From contig JASHTD010000467.1 of assembly GCA_030040725.1 (NCBI GenBank), forward strand, positions 1-47,129: DNA of 47,129 nucleotides, in the 5' to 3' direction. Below are positions 17,992 through 25,949 of this stretch, piece by piece. This DNA is from Candidatus Sulfotelmatobacter sp. Lineage in GTDB: Bacteria > Acidobacteriota > Terriglobia > Terriglobales > Acidobacteriaceae. Position 1 is the first letter of the stretch, and each line of letters begins with the position of its first letter. A program made the position numbers and the translations under genes. The notes under the pieces are model-generated. The model searched no databases, was not told the DNA's origin, and saw only the letters and a program-made list of their open reading frames with translations.

Positions 17992-18016
17992 GGTCCCCGG
18001 CTTAGAGCCGAGGACC
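17992..18016 (-). terminator. GC-rich hairpin downstream of the PQQ dehydrogenase gene
   Basis: GGTCCCCGGCT-tag-AGCCGAGGACC has an 11-bp stem with one mismatch. It lies 44 nt after the stop at 18060, with no clear U-tract on the minus strand. Confidence 0.3.
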
Positions 18017-18059
18017 GTTTAGCTAAGAATCACGCGAGAGATCCTTCATTTGTTGTGCA

Positions 18060-20165
18060 TTATTTTTTGTGCGCCGGCGCCGCGGACGGGGCGGCGTGTT
18101 CTCCCTTATAAGCTTTCCACGCGCCGTCGATTACGTAGGCATGAATTGCATCTGCCTGTTTGGTCGTCATGCGCAGATGCGGGAAAGCAAACTTCGGCGG
18201 ATCGGCAAATCCCGGCATACCGTTTACCCAATGCGTGCCCTCCAGCACAATGCTGTACCACCCCTCGTGCACTTCGGGAGGAGCGTAACGCAGGTCGGGG
18301 ATAGCGCCGTTCAGCACCCAGGCGCCGCTGCCGTCGAGCCCTGGGGAATGGCATCCGTCGCAATAAAATGTTTGGTAGAGTTTCGCGCCTTCGTGAATCA
18401 TTGCTGAATTCCAGCGCTGGGCAGGCGGCTTGGGCACCGGTGGCACAACATCCGGCGGAGTCGGAAAGGGAACCTTAGCGCCCAGCTTGAATGCCAAAAT
18501 GCGGGAAGGCCCGCGCTTCGATCGCGGCGTGGCCATCGTCCAGGCGGGAGCGAATAGCCGCGATCCCGATCCCCATCCCACCGGCAATATCACATATTGC
18601 TCGTCGTTCACGGTATAGGTAACCGGAACCGATTCGATCGCCGAACCCGTATCGATTGACCAAACCTTCTTTCCCGAGTCCGCCGCGTAGGCCGCGAACT
18701 CGCCCGAGCCCTGACCCTGAAACACAAGATTTCCCGCCGTCGATAGCACACCACCGTTGGTAGCAATCTCCTCTTCGACCGACCAGCGTTGCGTCTGAGT
18801 GACAGGGTCCCATGCGATGAGCCGGCCATCGGTCTGCTGCATCCACTCGCCGGTTTCGACTTTGGCTTGCGAGCGAGGCTTGCGATCTGTCGCAGGAATG
18901 TAAACCAGGCCGGTGATCGGGTTGTAGCTCATCGGCCACCAGTTGTGGACGGTCCACTGCTTGCCGCCACCTTTCGAAGCTGGCACTTCGACGGCTTTGC
19001 CCGTGTTTATATCAATCGAGGTCGCCCAATTCACCTTCACGATCGGCTTGCCTGAAAGCAGCTTTCCAGTCTGCGCATCGAGGACGTAATAGAAACCGTT
19101 TTTCGGAACGGTCATGGCCACGTGCTGCTTTTCGCCATTAATCACGAGATCAGCGATCACGATGTGATTGTTTTCCGTCTGCAAGCCGGGTGCGCTGGTC
19201 TGGTAATGCCACACGTACTCGCCGGTATCGGCCTTGACCGCGACGATGCAGCCCGCAAATAGCTTGTCTCCTTTGGCGCGGATTACTGACAACTCGCCAT
19301 AATCTGCGCCTGCTCCTGCAGTTCCGAAAATTACATAATCGGTGACCGGATCGTAGGTGATTGCTGTCCAGACATCAGCACCACCCATGCGCCAGGCATC
19401 CCCGGCGGGCCAGGTTTTTGCGGCAATGTCGCGCAGCGCGGCTGATTCGAATGGTTTTTTGGGATCGCCCGGCACCGTCCAAAACCTCCAGAGTTCTTTT
19501 CCAGTCTCGGCTTCGTAGGCAACAATCGATCCGCGTACGCCGTCATCCGAGCCGTTGTAGCCGATGAAGACTTTTCCTTTCGCTACGTGCGGAGCGTTGG
19601 TGATTCCCGTCTGAGTTGGTTCGCACACTTGCGCTTCCCAGAGTTGTCTGCCGGTCGCGGCATCAATGGCAACCAGTCGGCAGTCGCCAGTTCCAACAAA
19701 AACCTTCCCCTCCCATACCGCAACTCCGGCATTCGTTCGAGCGGAGTACGATCCGTTAAGAGCCTGATCGAGCCGCACCTTCGGATCAAACTTCCAAATC
19801 GATTTTCCCGTCGCGGCATCGATGGCATACACCTTCGACTGCGGGGCGCTGATGTATGCGACGCCATCGACCACGATCGGTTCGGAAACGATCCCCACGG
19901 CGCTGTCCACGTCCACGTACCACGCCAGACCCATCCTGCTGACGTTCTGATCCGTGATCTGTTTCAGCGGACTGAAGTGTCCCTCGTCGAAGGCTCGCCC
20001 GTTCAGCAACCAGTTCGAGCCTTCAGCCGCATCGGCGTCGACACGGGCTTCATTTACATTTCCAGCCTTCGGCAGATTATCGGCGGAGATCTTCCAAATT
20101 CCGATCATGGCCGTGCTCATCGAGAGCACCATAAGGGCAATCACATTTCGCGCTGAAATTCGCAA
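18060..20165 (-). CDS. PQQ-dependent dehydrogenase (methanol/ethanol family) fused to a C-terminal cytochrome c domain (quinohemoprotein)
   Basis: 701 aa. N-terminal segment EGSNWLLNGRAFDEGHFSPLKQI and repeated W-motif propeller blades typical of PQQ dehydrogenases. C-terminal haem-binding CXXCH (FYCDGCHSP). TTG start preceded by GGAGG at 8 nt. Confidence 0.87.
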   Translation of the reverse strand: MRISARNVIALMVLSMSTAMIGIWKISADNLPKAGNVNEARVDADAAEGSNWLLNGRAFDEGHFSPLKQITDQNVSRMGLAWYVDVDSAVGIVSEPIVVDGVAYISAPQSKVYAIDAATGKSIWKFDPKVRLDQALNGSYSARTNAGVAVWEGKVFVGTGDCRLVAIDAATGRQLWEAQVCEPTQTGITNAPHVAKGKVFIGYNGSDDGVRGSIVAYEAETGKELWRFWTVPGDPKKPFESAALRDIAAKTWPAGDAWRMGGADVWTAITYDPVTDYVIFGTAGAGADYGELSVIRAKGDKLFAGCIVAVKADTGEYVWHYQTSAPGLQTENNHIVIADLVINGEKQHVAMTVPKNGFYYVLDAQTGKLLSGKPIVKVNWATSIDINTGKAVEVPASKGGGKQWTVHNWWPMSYNPITGLVYIPATDRKPRSQAKVETGEWMQQTDGRLIAWDPVTQTQRWSVEEEIATNGGVLSTAGNLVFQGQGSGEFAAYAADSGKKVWSIDTGSAIESVPVTYTVNDEQYVILPVGWGSGSRLFAPAWTMATPRSKRGPSRILAFKLGAKVPFPTPPDVVPPVPKPPAQRWNSAMIHEGAKLYQTFYCDGCHSPGLDGSGAWVLNGAIPDLRYAPPEVHEGWYSIVLEGTHWVNGMPGFADPPKFAFPHLRMTTKQADAIHAYVIDGAWKAYKGEHAAPSAAPAHKK

Positions 20166-20304
20166 ACGTAACCTCCGCGGGGTCGGAGCAAAGCTGTTGA
20201 TCCTCCAATTCTAGTGGCACGAGGGGCTTCGCGCCTAGTGTTCACCGGGGCGCGGCAGCGTTAACTTGCATTTCCGTCAGGAGCAACCCAACTTCGAGTA
20301 CTAC

Positions 20305-20335
20305 AGCCGCCCGATTTCGGGCGGCTTTCTTCGTT
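20305..20335 (+). terminator. Canonical intrinsic-terminator structure whose T-tract is on the plus strand
   Basis: AGCCGCCCG-attt-CGGGCGGCT has a 9-bp GC-rich stem and a tetraloop. TTCTTCGTT follows on the plus strand; the minus strand has GTAGTACTCG after the stem instead. Confidence 0.5.
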
Positions 20336-20361
20336 CAAGATAAATTGCTCTGTCGGATGCT

Positions 20362-22038
20362 CTACGGTGCCGGGATCTGCACATTGGGGACAATATTCGA
20401 GTAGCCGCTCTCTTCGTTACTCGAATTTACGGCAGTGGTGGCATAACAGTAATTCGTGCCATCGATGACGACAGAGTCGGTGTAGAGCGTCGTGGTATTC
20501 AAGGAAGAGTTGATCTTGGAGAACGATCCGCATGAGCTTGTATATACCGCGCGATAGATGTTGTACCCCGAAATGTCAGGCGATGAGCTCGCGGTCCAGG
20601 CGAGGTTGACCGAGTAGGTCGGCGGAGCGGTACCGGTTCCGGTGAGCGCTTCCAGTGTGGGCGAAGTCTGCCCGTTGTTGGCGAAGCCGAGCGTAGCGCC
20701 GGCGGGTCCAGTGGTCGTCGGGCTGAAAGTCACCGTGAATGGCAGGCTTTGGCCGGCAGTGATCGTCACCGGCAACGACAACCCGCTTACGCTGAAGACG
20801 GAGTTATTCGAATTGGCGGCCGTCACCGTAACATTCGCTCCAGTGGCTTTCAGGCTTCCCGAGGCCATTCCGCTCGTACCGACGACTACACCACCGACGC
20901 CCAAAGTCGCAGGCGTAACGCTGAGCTGCCCGACGGCCGCGGTGCCTGTTCCGGACAACGCGATTGCTAAAGTTGGATTCGATGCGTTCGAGGTCACGGT
21001 GACCGTGCCACTGGCACTTCCGGAAGTTGTCGGGTCGAATGTGATATTGAATGTTGCGCTCTGATTGGCCGCGAGCGTCAATGGCGTTGTGACTCCAGTC
21101 AGGCCGAAACCCGAGCCGCTGACTGTAATCTGCGAAACCGTGACGGTCGTGCCGCCGGTATTGGTGATGGTTTCGGAAAGCGAATCATCGTTTCCGATGG
21201 TCACGCTGCCGAAGCCGAGGCTAGCCGGATTCGATCCCATTTCGCCCGGAGAAAGGCCGGTGCCCGACAAAGCCATACCCAAGGATGAATTCGACGCGTC
21301 TGAAGTAATTGTGACCGTTCCGCTGGCGCTTCCCGCAGATTGCGGCGCAAAGCTCACGGTAAATGTGGCGCTCTGAGAAGCATTGAGCGTGACCGGCGCA
21401 GTGATTCCAGTCAAAGTGAATCCGGCGCCGGAGACTGCAATCTGCGAGATGTCAACGGCGGAACTGCCGCTGTTGGTCAGGGTCACAGTTTGTGTCTGAT
21501 TGCTGCCTACCGTGACGCTGCCGAACGATTCACTGGCCGGATTGAGACCAAGTTGTCCGGCAGTTGCCGTGCTCGTACCCGATCCATTTAGAGAAATACT
21601 CGCCGTTGCGTTTGAAGCATCGCTGCTGACGGTGGCCGTGGCACTGAATGCCTTAGCAGCGTTCGGGGCGAAAGTGATGCCGATGGATGTGTTCTGCCCT
21701 GCGGCGAGAGTGACGGGCAGGGTGGGGGAAGTCAGCAGGAAACTCTGGCTGCTGATGGTCACGCTGGTGATTGTGATCGAGGAACTGCCGGAGTTTGTGG
21801 CCGTGAGCGTAGTTCCCTTGGTGCTGCCAACCGCAACATTGCCGAAACTGACACTAGTGCTTCCAAAGGAAAGAGCACTGGCGGGCAGCTTGTTGGAGGG
21901 AGGGGGCTGCTGGTTGGAACCACCTCCGCTTAATCCCTGGCAACCAACCAGGAAAGCAAGGCTCAGAAGCAGTGAAAGTGGACCCGCCGCTTGGCGAAAG
22001 GTGCGAGTGAAATCATCATGTCCCAGGTCTTGTCGCAT
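20362..22038 (-). CDS. Lipoprotein with four tandem ASH/choice-of-anchor-D-like Ig-fold modules and a C-terminal fibronectin type III domain
   Basis: Lipobox LAFLVGC|QG. Four ~100-aa modules of the type FGSVTVG...TVTLTNSG...V.ISQI.VSG.GF.LTG...P.TL.A.QSATF.V.F.P...G.ASGTVTITS. The protein ends in an Fn3-like segment (YSVNLAWTASSSPDISGYNIYR). Confidence 0.7.
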   Translation of the reverse strand: MRQDLGHDDFTRTFRQAAGPLSLLLSLAFLVGCQGLSGGGSNQQPPPSNKLPASALSFGSTSVSFGNVAVGSTKGTTLTATNSGSSSITITSVTISSQSFLLTSPTLPVTLAAGQNTSIGITFAPNAAKAFSATATVSSDASNATASISLNGSGTSTATAGQLGLNPASESFGSVTVGSNQTQTVTLTNSGSSAVDISQIAVSGAGFTLTGITAPVTLNASQSATFTVSFAPQSAGSASGTVTITSDASNSSLGMALSGTGLSPGEMGSNPASLGFGSVTIGNDDSLSETITNTGGTTVTVSQITVSGSGFGLTGVTTPLTLAANQSATFNITFDPTTSGSASGTVTVTSNASNPTLAIALSGTGTAAVGQLSVTPATLGVGGVVVGTSGMASGSLKATGANVTVTAANSNNSVFSVSGLSLPVTITAGQSLPFTVTFSPTTTGPAGATLGFANNGQTSPTLEALTGTGTAPPTYSVNLAWTASSSPDISGYNIYRAVYTSSCGSFSKINSSLNTTTLYTDSVVIDGTNYCYATTAVNSSNEESGYSNIVPNVQIPAP

Positions 22039-22213
22039 GCGTCAGTCATGGAACCGTGTCCTCGCGTTCCAGACTGCCTGGGCCGGGGGACGGCTCAGCA
22101 TCAGTTTGGGGCTTGATCCGCCATTTAGACAGATTTCAAAGGTACATATGAAATAACTACGGGGAAGCCAACGGGCGAGGAAAAAAGGACATGTCCGCAG
22201 AGGTGACTAAAGA

Positions 22214-25093
22214 ATGCGAATTCTGACCAGGAGCTGGCAGCGGTTACGCGTTCCGATTCCAGACCTTCCGCTAGAATATTTCATGGCCGACACTGCACTG
22301 TGGGGGGATGGCGGGCAGGCCGCCCGGCTTGCCGAGTTAACTGCAGACCGTTCCGATCCCGCCAAGGAACTCCCGCTGCGCCGCGACGTACGCTCGCTGG
22401 GAATTCTGCTTGGCCGTGTGCTGATCGAGCAGGAGGGAGAAGCGTTCTTTGATGTCGTGGAGCAGTTGCGGCGGCAACTGATTGAGCAGCGCGAGTTGTC
22501 CGCCGGCTCTGAGTTCGAGCGCAGTCTGAACCTCATGGCCCGCGCCCGCGAGATTGTGGCTAGCCTGCCGGTAGAGGAGGCTTACCGGGTCACCAAGGCC
22601 TTTGCGATTTATTTCGAACTTACCAACCTCGCCGAGACCAACCATCGCAAGCGGCGCCGGCGCGCGGCCCGGCTGCAGTCCGAGGAAACTGCTCTAGAGG
22701 GCTCGTTCCGGGGCACCCTGTTGTGCATGCGTGCGGCGGGAATCACCGCCGATGCCATGCTGAACTCTCTCCGCAGAATCAAGGTCGAGCCGGTCTTCAC
22801 TGCGCATCCAACCGAGATTACCCGGCGCACGATCCGCATCAAGCGCGGCCGCATCGCGGGATTCCTCGAACGACTGGATCAATTGCCACTTTCGGATTCC
22901 GAAGCTCGCGAATACGAGTCTCTGATCATGGCAGAAATCACAGCGCTCTGGCAGACCGACGAGGTCCGGCTCAACAAACCCACGGTGCGCGACGAGATTC
23001 ACATGGGCCTCGACTACTTTCCAATGATCCTGTTCGAAGCTGTTCCACGCCTGTATGCGGAAGTTGAGGATGCACTGCGTGAAGTCTATGGCGCTTCGAT
23101 CGATGTTGCGCAGTTACTGTCCTTTGGATCGTGGATTGGGGGCGACCGTGACGGGAATCCGTTTGTCACCGCCGACTCTACTCGTTCCGCAGTCGGTATG
23201 GCGCGCCACGTCATCATCGATTATTACATCGCCGAGACCACCCGTCTCATCGAACATCTAAGCATGTCAATCCGTCGTATTGATGTGTCCGAGGCGCTCA
23301 CCCGGAGGATTTGCAATCACGAGCGCGAACTGGGTGAGAAATATTCCCGCTGGAAACAAATCACGAGCGCTGAAGTCTACCGCCACTTCCTCGATTATCT
23401 GATTGCGCGGCTCCGGTTCAGCCGGAACTCGTCCAAGCATCCGCACGCCTACAAGTCTCCGGAACAATTTGCCGACGATCTTGTCATCATGCGCGACAGC
23501 CTTCTCGTCAACCGCGGCCTGCGGTTGGCTGATCTGGTCTCTTTGCTTCTGAACAAGGTCAGGACCTTCGGATTTCATCTTCACGCGCTGGATTTTCGCC
23601 AGCACGCCCGGGTGCTGTCTCAGGCGCTGATGGAGCTAGCTTTGACGCCGGAGCGGCCATCGCGATCGGTGCGACATCGATCGGAACTTTCTTCCGCATC
23701 GACTGAACTTGCCGCGACTTTTCACGCGATTGCCGAACTGAAAAAGACGCACTCCCCAAAAGCGATCCAGCGGTTCGTCATCAGCGGTACAGAGTCCGAG
23801 CAAGATGTTTTCGCCGTCGTCCGTCTAGCAGCGCTTTGCGGTGTGCCGGTTGCGGCGAACGTTGATGCGACCCTGGCTGCGAACAGGGACGATCGTGGCC
23901 TGATGCCGGTTCCTTTGTTTGAATCGATCGAGGCGCTGCGTTCATCCGCGACGATCATGCGGCGCGTCTGGAGGTCGCACGAATTCAAGTTGCCGCTCGA
24001 TTCCTGGGGACGTCATCACGAAGTCATGCTCGGGTATTCCGACTCCAACAAAGATGGAGGCATGCTGACCAGCACCTGGGAGTTGTACAAGGCACAACAC
24101 AACCTGCACGAAGCTGCTCGCGAGTGCGGAGTCACACTGCGCCTCTTCCACGGGCGCGGCGGAACGGTCGGCCGCGGGGGTGGCCCTACCCATGCCGCTA
24201 TCCTCGCGCAGCCGTCCGGAGATTTTTCTGGCGAAATTCGCATCACCGAGCAGGGAGAAGTCTTGAGCTGGAAATATTCCGATCCGGTGCTCGCCGAGTG
24301 GAACCTGGAAATCATGATTGCCGCCTGCCTCGAGGCCGTGGCCATGCCGACGCAAGTTTCGGCCGAAACCATGCAACGCTGGCATGACGCCATGGAGTCG
24401 ATGTCTGCCGATGCTTTCGTGTTTTACCGGAAACACATCGCAGAAAATTCCGACGTGCTTGAATATTTTGAGCAAGCCACGCCGGTCGACGAACTCGAAC
24501 ACGCGCGAATCGGGTCCCGGCCTGCGCGGCGTGGCGCGAATGCGACGACCAATCGGAGACTCGAAGATCTGCGCGCTATCCCCTGGGTCTTTGGCTGGAT
24601 GCAAAGCCGGCACGCCGTGCCTGCGTGGTTTGGGGCCGGCCATGCGCTTGCCCGATTCGCCGAACGCGGCGCCGCGCAAACAGAACTTCTGCGTGAAATG
24701 ATGCAAGGCTTTCCGCCATTCGCCAGCATGATGCGCAGCGTCGAAATCGCAATGGCTAAAGCCGATTTCACGATCGCCCGCCTCTATTCCGAGCTTGTAA
24801 CCAATACTGAGATTCGCGACCGGGTCTTTGAAATGCTGCGGCGCGAATTTGACCAAACCAGAAAGATTCTTCTCGACGTCACCGGCCAGCAGCAATTGCT
24901 GGAGAAGAATCCAGTCCTTTTGCGATCGATACGCCTTCGCAATCCATATGTCGATCCAATCAGCCTGATTCAAGTCGATCTCCTGCGACGCAAGCGCGCC
25001 GGCGGCGCCGATCCACCCGGCAGCACATCTCTCGATTATGCTCTGGGCGCGACCATGAACGGTATCGCCGCAGGACTGCATAACACGGGATAA
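22214..25093 (+). CDS. ppc: Phosphoenolpyruvate carboxylase
   Basis: Carries VFTAHPTE, GYSDSNKDGG and FHGRGGTVGRGGGP, and the C-terminus ends ...GLHNTG. ATG 22214 has GAGGTG 8 nt upstream. An in-frame ATG at 22283 (MADTAL...) is an alternative start. Confidence 0.95.
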   Translation: MRILTRSWQRLRVPIPDLPLEYFMADTALWGDGGQAARLAELTADRSDPAKELPLRRDVRSLGILLGRVLIEQEGEAFFDVVEQLRRQLIEQRELSAGSEFERSLNLMARAREIVASLPVEEAYRVTKAFAIYFELTNLAETNHRKRRRRAARLQSEETALEGSFRGTLLCMRAAGITADAMLNSLRRIKVEPVFTAHPTEITRRTIRIKRGRIAGFLERLDQLPLSDSEAREYESLIMAEITALWQTDEVRLNKPTVRDEIHMGLDYFPMILFEAVPRLYAEVEDALREVYGASIDVAQLLSFGSWIGGDRDGNPFVTADSTRSAVGMARHVIIDYYIAETTRLIEHLSMSIRRIDVSEALTRRICNHERELGEKYSRWKQITSAEVYRHFLDYLIARLRFSRNSSKHPHAYKSPEQFADDLVIMRDSLLVNRGLRLADLVSLLLNKVRTFGFHLHALDFRQHARVLSQALMELALTPERPSRSVRHRSELSSASTELAATFHAIAELKKTHSPKAIQRFVISGTESEQDVFAVVRLAALCGVPVAANVDATLAANRDDRGLMPVPLFESIEALRSSATIMRRVWRSHEFKLPLDSWGRHHEVMLGYSDSNKDGGMLTSTWELYKAQHNLHEAARECGVTLRLFHGRGGTVGRGGGPTHAAILAQPSGDFSGEIRITEQGEVLSWKYSDPVLAEWNLEIMIAACLEAVAMPTQVSAETMQRWHDAMESMSADAFVFYRKHIAENSDVLEYFEQATPVDELEHARIGSRPARRGANATTNRRLEDLRAIPWVFGWMQSRHAVPAWFGAGHALARFAERGAAQTELLREMMQGFPPFASMMRSVEIAMAKADFTIARLYSELVTNTEIRDRVFEMLRREFDQTRKILLDVTGQQQLLEKNPVLLRSIRLRNPYVDPISLIQVDLLRRKRAGGADPPGSTSLDYALGATMNGIAAGLHNTG

Positions 25094-25174
25094 GACTTTG
25101 ATCGCAGAAATTTCTGTGTGCAAAAAAACCGATCTTCGCGGAGAATCGAGGTCTGAGATATATAAATCTTAGCC

Positions 25175-25897
25175 ATGAACCTTTCGCGCAAACCGGAGGG
25201 GGCGTTCCGGGCACCGCCAGCGGGTGCTGCGATGTTCGAGGCTTTTTGCCGTACGTTTTTCACGTTGTACTGTCCGTTGCGCGTGGAAGGACAACATCAT
25301 CTTCCGGATGGGCCTTTTCTTCTATGCAGCAATCACACCAGCCATGCCGACAGTGCAGCGCTGATGACCGCAAGCGGACGCCGCTTTCGCAGCTTCGCCC
25401 TGATCGGCGCCAGCGACTACTTTTTCCAATCGCGCCGCATGCGATGGCTGGTTTTGCGGTGGATGAACGTCATACCGATCGACCGCCGGCCCGGACCCAA
25501 ATCGCTGGCCGCATGCATTGGCTCTGGCCGCGAATTTCTGGAGCAGAGACGAGGTGCACTGATTCTTTATCCGGAAGGCACGCGCTCGCCGGATGGCGAA
25601 ATGCGGGCTTTTAAACCGGGGGCGGGACTGTTTGCCGCCGAATTGGGCGTGCCGATTATCCCTGCGCATGTGGAAGGCACACATCGCATCTTGCCCAAGG
25701 GGAAGTCGATGCCGCGATTCGGTCCGGTCGCAGTTCGTTTTGGAGAAGCTCTGGCCGCTCCGGCAAAATCCTGGAGCGGACAGTCGGCGCGAGAGGAACG
25801 GCGCTGCTTCGTCGAGAAGCTGGCGCTCAGCATTCGCATGCTTGGTCAGGATGATCGGGCCCACGAGTTGGTGGCCGGGGTTCAGCAAAAGGGATAA
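25175..25897 (+). CDS. PlsC-type lysophospholipid / glycerol-phosphate acyltransferase
   Basis: 240 aa with the HX4D catalytic block (CSNHTSHADSAAL) and the YPEGTRS block. The start could also be ATG 25229. Confidence 0.85.
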   Translation: MNLSRKPEGAFRAPPAGAAMFEAFCRTFFTLYCPLRVEGQHHLPDGPFLLCSNHTSHADSAALMTASGRRFRSFALIGASDYFFQSRRMRWLVLRWMNVIPIDRRPGPKSLAACIGSGREFLEQRRGALILYPEGTRSPDGEMRAFKPGAGLFAAELGVPIIPAHVEGTHRILPKGKSMPRFGPVAVRFGEALAAPAKSWSGQSAREERRCFVEKLALSIRMLGQDDRAHELVAGVQQKG

Positions 25898-25949
25898 CAT
25901 CGAGGCGCCGGCGACCTCGATGGGGTGAGGCACCGCAACGAGGAAATGC

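Noticed and set aside
22272-22285. TAGAAT 5 nt before in-frame ATG 22283, suggesting a leaderless ppc transcript
   Set aside because: No acceptable -35 lies at 16-18 nt. The upstream ATG 22214 has a good GAGGTG RBS. I kept 22283 only as an alternative start.
23942-25123. 393-aa minus-strand ORF
   Set aside because: It is fully antisense to ppc, whose identity is unambiguous. It carries no recognisable motifs, so it is a shadow ORF.
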